DNA of 64,000 nucleotides from Amoebophrya sp. A120 (Eukaryota > Protista > Dinoflagellata): the NCBI GenBank assembly GCA_905178155.1, contig CAJINV010000010.1:1160709-1224708 (forward strand), written 5' to 3'. Both the position numbers and the translations under genes were made by a program. The notes under the pieces were generated by a model, which had not been told where the DNA came from, did no database searches, and saw only the letters and a program-made list of their open reading frames with translations. Of this stretch, positions 1 to 13,000 are shown piece by piece; within the stretch, counting starts at the first letter, position 1; each line of letters begins with the position of its first letter.

Positions 1-146
1 GGCGAAAGCGCGGCCCGCAGGACCGCGCTTTCGCCGCGCGGCTGGTTTGGCTTTCGCGCTGGTTAGATTTTCGCGCACGCATTTGGTTACCAATATCGCC
101 CTCCGGGCGCGATCTTCATACGGCGGAAGCTTCTGCCCTTGTCTTC

Positions 147-2206
147 TTGCAAGACAAATGTGATTTGTGACCTCAAATCAGCAACGTGTGCGAAGTATGT
201 ATTTATAGCTCTGGAACAGGTAGTGTAATGCAGGCAGAAGGATAGGTTCTGCTCCAGCTGCGGATGAAGAACTATGCAAGCCCCTATATAGCCGAGATCA
301 GGGAACGCAGACGCGGCAGGCGGCTTTGTAGGGTAACACTAACACCAAAGCAGGCAACCACTAAAATTAAGCGATGCGGGGCCGTTAGGATTTCCCTGCT
401 TTTCCTATGGCGGATACTTCCTTTTGGCGCGGGCGAATCAGCACGGGTCTGCTGAACCTAAACCCGGGTAATGAATGCAGCTACTAGCAGGACTCCGGTT
501 GCTCAGTCGGGAGTGCTGAATAAGTCGACACTGTAGAGCACTGCAGGAAGCGGTCCTGTTGGCGCTAGGCAGGCGGGTGGCGAATATCCGTATTTGCGAA
601 TAAGGGATGCGGCCTATAGCCTCTCTTCGCATCTATCGAATATGTAGTTTCGGACGGTCATGCACAGTGTCGCTTTTTGCTTCTCCGCTTGGTATGCTAT
701 CTGTCATGCAAAATGTCGCCATCTCCGCTTTGTAGGGTTCACTCGACAGAGACATGGTGCCGCAACTAGCGGTTTTTAGAACGGCGAAGAGGGGTCGGGC
801 TTCTTCCTTGCTTTGTTTTCCTTTTGCGGATACTACCCTTGGCGTGATTCCGGCCCACTCGCAGGGGTCGACGCGGTGTATGAGAGTTCGTGGTCGCCTC
901 CGTCAACACAAGACCTCGGCACTACCCGAGGTTCGCCGACCGCACGGGGGGTGCAGGACTCGGCTCGGCAAGGGATACGGACATCTGGACCCGGATTGTG
1001 ATCTCCCTCAGGGGGGAGGGATGAAGCTTCATTCCTTATCTGGCTTCTCCTCCGTCCCTGTTTCCTCTCGCTGCTATCACGACGCGCTGAAGACGGGATG
1101 GCGCCGGCGACGTTTACCGGTGCTGGAGGCGGCTGGCGTCCATGGAAGTGGTCACTCTGGCTTATCGCGGTACGGTGTCCCAGGCGGTACGGGCGGTAGA
1201 TTGCGGTCTACGTCGGGCGGTACACGGTGCTCGCGGCGCGTGGAGGCGGAGTCTTCATACCTTACGATGGAATTTGGGTTTCCTGCTGCTTCTCCCGAGC
1301 GAGGCCGTCTTGCCTTCCACTCAGGGCTCTCGTGGATTGAGCCTGGCGGGAAATTCCCGTTGCGCGAGGCTCTTGCCAGGAGTTCGTCCACGCTTGCCGA
1401 CGCTGCTTCGGGGGTAGACGGGGTCAGGGTGGCTATCGGAGCTTGCTCCGGGGCTTGCGGTGTGGGGGCGGGTTCATGGGGCTGTGCCCGGGCTCAGCAA
1501 GGGTTCTTCCCCTGTCTGTGCTCCCTCGTGTTCACACTCCCGTGCTGCTTGACTGGTAGTCATTTTGGCTTTTGTTTTTCCTCCGTCGCGGTCGTTTGGT
1601 CCCCAGGGCTGCTACGGACAGGGCCCCCTGGGTTACCTCGGTCGAGTGGTCGTGCGGTTCGGTTCTCCGATGCCCATGCCTTCCGTGTACTTGCCGCTGG
1701 GTACTGGTTGTGCGTCTCTTTCGTCAGACTGTTTCGCTTCGGCGAAACGACATGACGATTGTTTGGGGAGGTTCCGAACGGTCCCCTCAGGGCATTGCCT
1801 CGTCGCTGACCTGTGGTGAAGGCGGTTCAGGTCAGCTTCGGGAAGGGTATCCGGAGTTGAGTTAGCTTCGGCTTTCTATTGTGTATTCGAGGGCAGTGGT
1901 TGGCGGAGGTTGTTGGGATGTTCCTAAACAGTCATCCCAGAACATTTGTGTTCCTTTCTGACTTCCTCATTTCCTGTGCAGTATTTTACTGCATATACAG
2001 GCGCCACCCTCGTTTATCACCTCCAGGGCTACGTGCGACCCCTCCGACGCTGCGTGTGGAACAAGGAGGAAGTTCGGCGTGTCGGGTGAGGGACCCCCGA
2101 CGTCTGGCCTACGGATATCATGGGGAACTAAGGCTCAAATCAGCAACGCAAATTTTCGGAAAGATACCTTTTTCGATACGGGGAGGGGGGATTTTTCCTC
2201 TCAATA
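147..2206. mobile_element. Right part of a family-G introner interrupted by a 1.95-kb insertion
   Basis: 147-186 joined to 2149-2206 matches the right end of the element at 27054-27367 (GCAAGAC..ATTTGTGACC.CAAATCAGCA..CCTTTTCGATA.GGGGAGGGGGATTTTTCCT..ATA). Left end not identified in the window. Confidence 0.75.
187..2133 (+). mobile_element. Truncated LTR-retroelement-like insertion flanked by a 15-bp duplication
   Basis: CTCAAATCAGCAACG at 172-186 and 2134-2148. Insert begins TG; CA at 753-754 is followed by PBS-like TGGTGCCGCAAC. No second LTR and no recognisable pol ORF. Confidence 0.5.
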
Positions 2207-2597
2207 TCTTGTCCCGGATCTTTCCCGCCGAATAATACGTACAACGCCCTGCAGTAGTACTATGGAAGAAGGGGAGAATCAAAACTTGTACCGCGGGGAA
2301 GTGCAACGTGGTCGCACAATGTCTAGTACCGACGTTGTGTTCACCATCACCGCCCGGATGCGAACTACAACCGCCAGCAGTGCTGTCCACCAGCAGGACA
2401 ACTTTTTACGGACGAGAGCCGAGACGGACTGCAGTACCGCGGCTTCTCACGGCGGTGGCGACGAGTCGAGCGACATTTCCTCTTCGTTCGTGGACGATGA
2501 AGGAGGTGTTGTTCCGTCGTGGTCCAGTACGACGTCCCTGTCGGAAGAACAACCTAAAGGGAAAACCGAAAACAAGTGTCTCGAGCAGAACAAATGA
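2207..2597 (+). CDS. Probable terminal exon of a gene starting upstream of the window (unknown, Ser/Thr/acidic-rich)
   Basis: Open frame begins directly after the introner end and runs to TGA at 2597; composition resembles other exons here. Confidence 0.55.
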
Positions 2598-3956
2598 GCT
2601 GCCCGGAGGAGGTTGTAGTGCTATTTCTCGCAGGGGGAGGGGTCCTGGAGGTATGTTCAATCTCCAGCGAGAATAGTGAAGAGAATCTGGCATCGGGACA
2701 GAAATAAAGGATACACGGGACGTAGAGACCGACGAGTGCTTGATGGCTTGCAACCTAGATCTTTCACTTGCTATCATGTTGGCAATAAATTATCGCTACT
2801 GCGGATGGAGCGGTTGCGACTCTTGTGCAAAGAAAAGCAAGTCAGTCAGCTGTTTTTTTCTATTTATGCTTTCATTTTCCGTTGAAAACTTTTCTAGAAG
2901 GATCGAAGTCGGCTTTTCGTACTGCGACCCTTGTTCGTAAACCATTTGAATGTCGTTGAATATCTATCATTCGATGCTACAGCAAAACCACAACTGTCAA
3001 ACGTAACAGTCTTGAAGTGTAATTTCAGCAGTATCTATAAGCTCGTGGCGGTTTTAATATTCGTTGGGTTCCTGCTTCTGCCGAAAGAAGTGACAGCTTT
3101 TCGAAGTACTTGATATAGATCAAGTCCATAGTACTATCTATTTTTACTGTAGAAAGATAGTTGCTGCTAATTAGTACATTAAGGTGGAGGTGCAAGAACC
3201 TCTACTCGTCCTGCTCTCACACGTGGAAAACATGGGAGCTGCAAAGGACGGGGTCTTTTTGTCGTAGTAAGCACTTCTTCTCTACAACGGTGCCTACATT
3301 TATTTCTTCTTCCTGAACAAGTGCTATGAAGAAAAGATATTTTCCACCCGCGGCCTAATTACTCTCGCTGATTGTGATTGAGAATCTTTGTGTTGTACTT
3401 GTACCTTCTGACAAAATTTATCGAAAAACAGAATGTTGTACTCGAGAGGACACTGATTAAGCCCATGGCCTGTCTCTGTTCATTTTTGGACTCGATCTCG
3501 ATTGTGGGATGTTGACTCTGGAGATGCATTTAAACTTAAAGTTGTTCTCATTTTCATGTTTTGCTTATTTTGGTGTGCAGTTATACTACACGAATTTAAA
3601 TTTTTTTGATATGTTGATGAGGATCCTGTCATCTAGTGATCTTCGTCTAGTATTTGGTAACATTATTGAGCTAGGTACCGGTACGACATGAAACTAACAG
3701 TCGTGACCTTCGCTACATGTTGATCTTCCGACCTACGCCTGGATTCGAACCATTGCTGGAATTTTACACAAGCATCCGGTCGTACTCCGGTCTGTCATTT
3801 CGTCGACGGATGTTGTAGTCTCTTGTCGGTCCTCTCATTGTACTCATCTACGCGTTCTTGCCGTTGTATCCATACAAAATAAACTTGTTCTTTTTCTTGC
3901 GCGAGGACCTTGTTTCACCGGATCTGAAAAAGTAGACGACAAGTTGTACAACTATC

Positions 3957-5948
3957 ATGCCGCCTGCGACACAAAATAAAGTACTAGACGATGGTCGTGA
4001 AGATGCGCGGCCAAGCTCTCTGCCCGTTGCTGCCTCCCCGTCACCCTCGTCTGATGAAGTTCTTGCAACTTCTTCTACCAAAAACGTCAGCAGCACCTGG
4101 TTCCTCGGCGTCCTGGCCGCCTTTCTCGCGGGGCTGGCCTACGCGACGCAGACGACCCTGATAGGCGAGACCAAGAAGCAAAACATCACGTTATCCCATG
4201 TAAAAACGTCCCCAACCCATAGTCAAGATGGGGACTTGGCTACACAAAGCCAGCCTCTTTTGGCTGTCGCGCATGACAAGTTTGGGCTCGCCGTGTCATC
4301 GCGTTTAGCTATTGTAGCTGCGTCACAAATCCTAATCCATCCCCTCATGCTGATTCTAGCATAACAAACTGCCAGACAGCATTACATACAGAATGCTCCT
4401 CGGGCTTCTGCATGACAAACATGTAAGGTTTGCAGGTTTGCATGACAACTATGGCGTCGGGAGGTTTTTCCTCAGGATACACGTATGATTCGCAAATCAT
4501 GGTGCTCGCAGCGGAGCTGGTGAAGCTGATGACATCGTTGGTGTTAGGGGTGAGGATGGAGCTGCGGGGGTTTAGGGGACGAAAGCACAAAACCTCCGAG
4601 ACAGGAGGCCCTGCTACAGCACGACCGAGGATGGAAACAGATACAGCCAGCACTAGTAGCTTTGCTGGCACTGTTGAGATGTTGCCCTCTACTTCTAAGG
4701 AGGTGGGAGTAGATGAGAAACAGCAGAAGTCTACTAGTACAACGTCATCATCCACTTCAGCCCCCGCCTTTCTTCACGGCCGCAACAAGTGGTTCTTTCA
4801 GGAACTTTTGATTCTCCTGCCCGCGGCCTGCTACACCGTGCAGAACAACTTGATTTTCTTGACCCTATCCAAAGGCTACCTGGATCCGCCGCACTACCAG
4901 CTTTTTTGCAACGCGAAGATCGCGATTACGTCGATCTTGTATCGAGTGGTCATGCGGAAAGCGCTAACCGTTATCCAGTGGTGCGCGCTCGGGTTACTCA
5001 CGGTTGGAATGCTGGTGTGTGCGCTGCCGGACGATGATAGGACGAGCGGAGAAGCTGATCTTGCAAGCAGAAGCAGTAGTACGACAGGGACATCAGAAAG
5101 CAGCAAGGACAACACGAATTTCCTTTTCGGCATTTTGTGTGTCGCGGGAATATCCTGCTGCTCGGGCGTTGCCGGGGTGACGAACGAGTTTTTGCTCAAG
5201 ACCGCCGACAATATGCACTTTGCGAATGCGAAGATGTACATAGCGGGAATAATCGTCAGCATTGTGCTGTACCATGTCGAAGGACATAGTCGAACATCGA
5301 ACCAAAGGTCAAGATCCACCGAAAAGAGCTATTTCTTTAGTATTACAACGGAAACAACTACCAGCAGCTTCATCGAAAATCTTCACACCTTTTCACACCA
5401 ACTTTTCCTCGACAGCAACACGAGACTACTGCTCCTCGCCTGCCTGCTTTCCCAGGCCTTCCTCGGCATGTGCATCTCGTTCATTTTTAAGTTTGGGAAC
5501 GTGATTCTGAAGATCTATCAAGCGAGTCTGACCACTTTGCTAACCACGGTTTTGGCGGTTGTCCTTCAAGACTTCAGAATATCGAAGCCATTCGCGTATG
5601 CATTGCAAGAGTATCGGACTCGTACAAATGCTGTCAACACTGCAAGACAGGTTTGCTTTCTTAGCTAAATCTGCATGACAAATTGCATTTTTTTCTTGCG
5701 AAAATTTCAATTTGTAATGCAAGTCTTTCATACTAGTACGATCGGATACTTTTGCAATGCATATCGCACTGGGCTACGTGATTTTGCTCTTCTCCACCTT
5801 CTTTTTCTATGGAGATCCGCTGGTGCTGCACAAGCGCGATCACGAAGTTTTCTCCTCGATATGTTGTAGTAGCCCCGGCAGAGCAGGTGGAAGTGACATG
5901 AACGAAAAAGATTCGCACAGTACGAGTAAGAAGAGAAAGCAAGCTTAG
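3957..5948 (+). CDS. Nucleotide-sugar transporter (SLC35A-like, UDP-Gal/CMP-Sia family), about 508 aa
   Basis: Exons 3957-4191, 4485-5596, 5769-5948 (1527 nt, in frame). Motifs AAELVKL, PAACYTVQNNL, YQLFCNAKIAITS, QWCAL, SGVAGVTNEFLLK; multiple TM helices. Confidence 0.9.
4192..4479. mobile_element. Introner, family C
   Basis: TAT..AAAAACGTCCCC / GGGAGGTTTTT..ATA; DR CACGT/CACGT; removal gives NITYDSQ. Confidence 0.9.
5597..5763. mobile_element. Introner, family B
   Basis: TATGCATTGCAAGAGTATC / GATACTTTTGCAATGCATA; DR TCGCG/TCGCA. Confidence 0.9.
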
Positions 5949-6501
5949 TCCCAGGAATGGCCTGGGCTCCGTTGAATGAACGAATGACGTGATGTCACGA
6001 CGTGAAATAAGTCCACGAATTCCATATGAATCTTCGGCGGGACTGGAAATTGTGAAGCTCAATCTTGTTGAAGTTGATCTTGTTCTGGCGTGTCAGAGAT
6101 GTTCCGCGATGGACTTGAGGCAAATTCGTTCCGTGAAGCACGTTTTGCCTGCTCTTCGTTGTAGAATAAAGTAGAGCTTGCAGAGAAGTCTTTCTTAGTC
6201 TCTTCACCGCGCGTCGTGCAGCTCCAGGAGCGCCACAAAATTTTCAATGAGTGCATCAACATTAAAGGGAGGGCGAGAGTTCTTAACTTCAAGCCCTGGC
6301 ACTGGGTTGTTTCGACCCTTGCTTTTTACCACGAGAGTGAACGTTTTCTAGTCGTAGCTTGCGCACGGTACGACCTTTTTGGACACGCAGGACTAACACT
6401 GAGCTGGGCAGCCAAAGCCATTCGATACGATTACGAAAATTGCATATCCTTCTCTTGTAAACTACCACGTGGTGGTCGCGGTGGGTTGTCACAGATGAAG
6501 A

Positions 6502-8292
6502 ATGTTCGGAGGTGCGACGTCTGCATCTAGTTCCGCTGCTTCTAGTACACGCGCAGCGAATAGAACAAGCGGACCGATGAATGCTTTTCCGACCACCTCT
6601 ACCGGCGCCGGAGGAGGCCCAGGTGGAGCCGCTGGCGTTTACCTCCTGCAAACGGGTACGGGTCCAGCGACGAGTAGCACTTCTTCATCTGCTGCTGCGA
6701 CAAGTTCTTTGTCCCGCTACCAGTCAATTTTGGACAAGCAAAACGAGTTGCTGCAACTTGGGAACGTCAATCCGGACCAGGATTTGATCGAAGAAACAGT
6801 CTACGAAGCCGTCGAGCGGGAGTTTATTGCGTACCAATCGGACATCGATTTTCTGACGACCCAGAACCAGGAACTCGAGCGATTCATAGAAAAGCAGAAG
6901 GAGAGGCATAAGGAGGAATTGCAAACCGAACGGGAGAAATCCTACAGTAGCGCGAAGCAACAGTTTGAGGAGATAATCGAGAACCAAAGGCAGCAACTGA
7001 ACCGGTTCGCTCTGGAGCAGCCCCAGCAGCGCCAGCTCCTGCAGAACCAGGAGCGGTTGTCAAACAATCTGCAGCGGCAGTTGCAAATCAGCGAAGACTT
7101 GCGGCGGGAGGTGTCGCGGTTGGAGGATGAATTGGAACTGAAGGAATACGAGGTGCGGAAATTCGACGAAAAGTCCGCATATCCAGTGCAAATATGTCTG
7201 GGTGGTCTTGATAAAAAGGGTCATGCGATGCTGGTGAGCCTTGCATGACAAAGCAGCTTTATGCATGTTGGCATGAGCACATCACAAGCTTTTTCCGTAT
7301 TCTTCGGATTTTTCCATTCGTATTTATGATCACAAATGACCTTCCAGAACGACAAGAAAACTGGCCAAAAATCCTGTTTATGCAATACAGATTGTGGTGT
7401 CGCGCAACTTTCGCATTACAAATCCATTAAAATCCAGACCCAGACATGATATTTGCAACCCATACCTAAAACCTGGAGTACCGCGTGCAGGAAGCCATGA
7501 AGGCGGTAAGACGGGCGTTCGCCGGGTTTCTATGACAGTGCACAACTCCCCCTTCCCTCATTTGTCATCCGAAAACCCAAATCCAGTTGCTACCTTGTGG
7601 CACCGCGTGCATGACAAATTCCGGAATAAATCCAAACAGCGCATGGACCTGTCATGCACAGGGTCCACCTGTACTGGTGTTTGTAATGCTGTTGATGTCA
7701 ACATGCAAATGAGGTGGAGGGGGAGTTGTGCACAACTCTCATAGTTTCAGCGGGAGGAGGATAAAGCGAAGAAGTTGATCGCGGAGAAGGAAAGACTGGT
7801 CGCGAGTCATGAGCAGGTACTTGATTTGTAATGCAAAATTGCACCAGAAACTTGATTTGTATTTGTAATGCCAAATTGCACCAGAAACTTGATTTGATGT
7901 ATTGCCAAATTGCACCTCAGTATCAACAATCTGCTATGCCAACAAAACAGGAGCGCACCTCCCTTCTCTCCGAGCGCGCGAGCCTGCGGAAGGAGCTGCA
8001 CCGAAAGATGAAGGGACAAAAGGACATGGTGGAGCAGCTGCGGGACCTCCAGGCGCCGGAGGACACCGCGGCGAAAGAGATAAGGCGGGAACAGGACCAG
8101 CAGGCACTGGTGAAGATTCTGCAACACCAAGTGCAGTCACTCCAGGCAAAATTGGTGGACTCTTTGAAGAGGGAACAGACAAATACGAGTGCAATAAGTG
8201 CTGGTGGAACTACGTCGATGAATAACAACAACACGTCTGGGATCATGAATACCAGCAGCCACAGCAGCTTCATGAAGGCGCTAAAGTCATGA
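6502..8292 (+). CDS. Coiled-coil protein of unknown function, about 382 aa
   Basis: Exons 6502-7179, 7470-7530, 7749-7816, 7951-8292 (1149 nt, in frame); E/Q/K/R-rich heptads; two introners and one GT-AG intron. Confidence 0.8.
7180..7464. mobile_element. Introner, family A
   Basis: TAT..GCAAATATGTCTGGGT / ACCCAGACAT..TTTGC..ATA; DR CCGCA/CCTAA. Confidence 0.85.
7531..7743. mobile_element. Introner, family H
   Basis: TATGA..GTGCACAACTCCCCCT / AGGGGGAGTTGTGCAC..TCATA; DR GTTTC/GTTTC. Confidence 0.9.
7817..7950 (+). other. GT-AG intron containing about 3 tandem copies of a 31-37 bp unit
   Basis: CAG/GTAC...AACAG/GAG, phase 0; unit ACTTGATTTG..TAATGC.AAATTGCACC. Confidence 0.75.
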
Positions 8293-8817
8293 AAAATTTC
8301 ATCAATTTACGACGTTGAAGTCTGCATGACCGGCGCCAGGGGGGGCGGTTCATGTACGTAAGATGTTCTTGTCGTATCAGACAACGAGTATTGAGCCACC
8401 GGTGTTCCGCCTGTTGATACTTACTTACACAGTTACCGTCCTAGCGATCATGGGAGGTTGTTTGTAATATCTGGCGGAGTAGTTTCTGAGGGGTTCTCGA
8501 AGCGGTTCTGCACATGTTGAGAGTCGTGTAATTGAATGAAATGTAAATGTAGATGTACCATGATACAACTGACCGACAACCATCTCGGTACAACTAGTCC
8601 CACTGCTGGGAAGAGAAGGCTTAAGGGTAGGAGGAGGGTAGCAGTAGCACCATTTCGGCATTTCGGTGTGGGTCGTGCGTGTGCTAGTCCTTGCTAGTTT
8701 TTTTCGAATTTGTACCAAATTGTTTTATTTCGTTGTGATGTGCTTATCAGAGGCCCCCACCTGCTCCCGCGTACTAAATGTAATGCGCATACGTACTTCT
8801 AGTGCTACTTCTCCGAA

Positions 8818-9678
8818 TTAGGGCGGAAAAATCGGCAAATAGCATCATTTTTGTCAGCTCACACTTTGGGGGGGTATTTTTTTTTCTTTTGTCTGGGAGT
8901 CAACTACCCGGAAATCAACAGAAGTAAAGCATCGCTTCATCTTTTCCACAAGAAAAAGAAACATGATAGCTCGGCTTTCAAAAGGCCTTCATAGCAAGAC
9001 ACGAAACAGGCGGCAGCGCCTTCGTGCTGTGCGTTGTCGCTCAGATGGCCCGGCAATGTTGAATAGGCCCGCTCTTCGAGAAGTGGCTGGGCCACCTCCG
9101 GGACCGGACCACAGCGAGGACGTTCGCCACGAAGAGGGAACCCGGCGAGGGGGGTGATCAGGGGGGCGCATTTTTGCCCTCTTCGGAGACCCCTTCCGGG
9201 TACCCCTTCCGGGCACCCTTTCGGTAGCCTATTCCGACCCCCTAATCCCCATTGGAAACTGCCGATTTTGCGTGCCCCAAAATGGTAGCCCAGAGGCAGC
9301 CCAAGCGGACCCCCTTACCCCCCCCCTTCGGCACCCCCCCGGAAGCACTTGACTGCTGGCGCGTCCGCATTCTCAATATCTGGCCGTAGAGGGAAGGCGC
9401 GAAGATGTCTGGGCGCGTCCGGAATTGGATGCCGGAGAGGGGGCGCGGCTGCCCGCGCCGGGGGGCCGCAGGCCTATGCAGCTTCAGCAAAATGCTGCGG
9501 CTCTATTGGGAAAAGGGGAGGGCCGGATGGCGGACCGTGACAACGAAGAGCGGCGCCAGCATCTAAATGGCCAACAGGAAAAAAAGCAGTAGCGACACCC
9601 CCAATAGCCATAATTTTTTTGCGCCCTCAAAAAGTGCGCTTGCAAAAATGATGCTATTTGCCGATTTTTCCGCCCTAA
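8818..9678. mobile_element. Intergenic non-autonomous DNA transposon (MITE-like), 861 bp
   Basis: Perfect 36-bp TIR TTAGGGCGGAAAAATCGGCAAATAGCATCATTTTTG; 5-bp TSD CCGAA at 8813-8817 and 9679-9683; GC-rich interior without a convincing ORF. Confidence 0.92.
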
Positions 9679-10073
9679 CCGAAGTGTGTTTTAGCATTGT
9701 CAAAAAAACAAACTATAGCTGAAGTTTTTTCATCGGCGCGGGGCTCCTGTGCGGGGTACGACAACTAGGGCAGCATGTTGTAGTACGTAGATGTTTGATG
9801 TTTATCGGATCGAGCGCTTAGACGGCGGTTTATATGGAATGAAAAAAACCTGTTTTAATTTTTTGAGGAAATGATGAACTTTTAAAGAAGCTGAGTCGTA
9901 AATTGAAATTTAAGAACGCACTTTGCTGAACTCGACCAGCACTTAATTTTAAACTTTGCGTGTGTATCTTCTTCGCGCCGGACGAGTTAAGTACTTACTT
10001 ACTTGTTTTTGCCCCCTCATTTGAAAAATATACGCAAATTCAAAATATTTTTACGCATATAAAAAATACAAGC

Positions 10074-13000
10074 ATGTCGAGGATTCTCTGTTGTCTGCCT
10101 TCGTGCTGCACGACAAACTGCACTTTGAAGAAATTTACGCTAATCACCTTGTCTACCGCTTTCTTTTCCATTATCCTGTATCAAATGCAAAAATGTTTGG
10201 GTCTGGAAGAATGCGCGATTTGTCATGCAGCTTTTCCATGACCCATGAGGTCTGGAATGCAGGACCTAGCATGACAGATTCTGTGCGATCTCTCTCATGC
10301 CTATCCTGCATGAGAAACTCCCTCCCGACTTGGTCAAAACTGGACGACTTTTGGTAATCATGCAACACAGATTTTTGGATGCTTCAGATTTAGCATGACA
10401 AGTTGCATTCTTCCAGACCCAGACATTTTTACATTTGATATCCTGGCCCTCTACCTCATCCTGGACCCGAAAGTTTGCTTCACCAGCCCCGAGAACAAGG
10501 ACACTATCAACGGCAAAAAATATGTCTGGGTCGTCTGGAAGTACAAGTAGAGTGCTAGGTTCGTTATGCAGGGCTAGCATGACTTTGACTCTCAACCTCA
10601 ACTGTGTCATGCACGTTAATACGCAAAAGCCGCGCTTTTCTGTCATGCAGAGACGCAGTTTATCATCATGCAAGGTACTAGACAACGCTTAGCACGAGCT
10701 GAGAAAAAAATTATCATACTTACTTGGCTGTCAATGGAGGCGTGGCGTCGGTCCACCGTGTGATTCGCCACATAGCATCACAAGTTCTTTCCAGACCACC
10801 CAGACATCCTGTTTGCAATGTCGATAGACACTCCTTTGATATCACAAGAAAAAAGTGTTACTGTTACACATGATTTGTTGTAACTTCAGCAACACAAATT
10901 TTCTCTGCATGAGAGGGAAAACTTGCAATGCGCAGACCATTAGGGAAAACGCGTATGAAATGAAGCTCGGAAGCATTTCTGGCATGACAGAGGTTGTCTG
11001 TCATGCTGGGCTTGCTACACAATGTGTAACTGTAACACTTTTTTCTCGTGATATTTGAAGCAATGTCTGTACTACCGGTTGCGGAAGGGGCTGCAGTTGG
11101 TTGCGAAAGAGTCCTACAAGCCACCACACCTTCGCGCGGATCGGTTCAGGTTAAGAGAATTCTGCCAGGCGGAATACCACTTCTTCCAAAACCCCTGGGA
11201 GTACGTCTACCCGAGAATGACAGAATCCGGAACGGCGCGGCTGCAAATCGGGTTCGGGACGCGCGAGAAGAATGAGGATATTTTAACAAAAGACGAAACC
11301 GGAGCGAGAGCTCTGCCGGTGAAATCACGGAAATTTTTTCAAAAGATAAAACCAGCGGCGGGAACAGCAACGACGAGTACTGCGCCATCCTCTAAAGCAC
11401 CTGCTGCTGCGTTCGTGGAACTTACCACCACCTCAACCTGCTCCTCGCAGATTGACAAAATTTGGGCCGGTATTGCGCAGCGATTCATAGACCAAGCTGC
11501 AGCTGGAGCTGGAGGACGGGAACTAGAAAATGCTGCGAGTACAACATCAAGCGCGCCGAAAAATTCTAGAATAACGGCTGTTGCCGCGGCTTCATCTACC
11601 GAAACCACTGGCGCCACCAGGAGAGAAATCACCAGCTACCCCCTGGTTTCCTGGTTTAAAGGCCATAACTACGCCGCTATCAATCCAAACAAGCGAACAA
11701 ACTACAAGCAGGGGTTGCCAGAAGGGGCACGCTCACGACAAGCGCTGTTGAACCCGATTCATTTCACGAAAGAGATGGAGTACGCTGCCTGCGGATATCT
11801 GATTCGGCAGCTGTTTGAGCTGTTTGAAAAGTTCAACGTGGTGTATTTCATTTCCTCCGGCAGTTTAATCGGCCCGGAGCGGCACGGCATGCTGATACCA
11901 CATGATCACGATTTCGACCTGACCATCCCGGCAAGCAGCCGGGACAAGGCCATGGAAGTGCTGGCGCTGTTGGAACAGCGGGAATATGAGAGGCGGGAAA
12001 AAGGAAGGAGAAGGGTGCGGCAGGTTGAGGCAGGTACTCAAACTTTGTTGGAACGGAAGTAAAGCACAGTAGACAAGGAAGTATATCTGTTGACAAGATC
12101 TTGATCTTCAAGATTCTTGTATCGAATCGAGTTCTTCATAACAAATGTGAGTACAAAATAAATGCCAATTATATCACAACAGCTGGCCAGCACCTCGACC
12201 TGCGTAAAACGGAGGACTTTCTCGCGGCGGTCGATGCCGGTATGATGACCACCTGCAAATGGAAGGGGTCTTTGGTGCAGGTGCGATCCACGTTTTACAA
12301 CGGGTTGCACTCCGAACTGTTTTACGTGGACATTTTTTGGGGCTACGACGTGCCGATGATAGGAACGTACTTCGTGAATCAGCCAAAGATTCTTTTGACG
12401 ACGGCCGCGTCTACCAGCAGTCCGAGCAGCAGCGCCTCCCAATCTTCCGCAGCTCTTCTAGTCGCTGGCCGCAGCAGCAACATCCAGCACCAAATAAAGA
12501 ACGCTGCGGCCTTGAGAACAAGAACGACCACGACGCAAGTGCGCGGAAGATCGCTTTTCCGCGGTGAGCACGGGAAGAAAGACAAGGAAATGTTGAAGAG
12601 CCATGACGATAGCGTCGAACAACCCCGAGAGGACCACCACGACGTTTGTCTCGCCCAGAACACTGGTCCTGCAATCGACCCGACCGGTCCTTATCTCGCC
12701 CACGCCTCACCCGTGAACTTCTTTCCGCAGAAGCCCGGGGTGTTTCCCTTGCGCTTGACGAAGTTGGAGTATCTGAAGCACAAAGTAGACACAGCAGATG
12801 CTGCAGCAAGTGCTCAGAAAGAAGATGCCAATAAAGTACAACCAACACAGTTTATGCTCGACGACCCGGGCTTCCTCTACGTTCGCCGTCCATTAACCGC
12901 CGAGGTGGTCGATGCGGAGCACATGCCGGGGAGTGCGAGCAGTAGATGGTGGAAGAAGCGGTGTCCCCAGTCGCAGGAGCGGTGCAGCAAGCCGGGAGAG

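Noticed and set aside
1-35. 13-bp GC-rich hairpin as a terminator
   Set aside because: Eukaryotic context and cut by the window edge; probably part of another element ending near 120.
754-1755. 333-aa ORF as a transposase or gag-pol
   Set aside because: No recognisable motif; likely a chance ORF in GC-rich element DNA.
8818-8823. TTAGGG as telomeric sequence
   Set aside because: Single unit forming the tip of a TIR.
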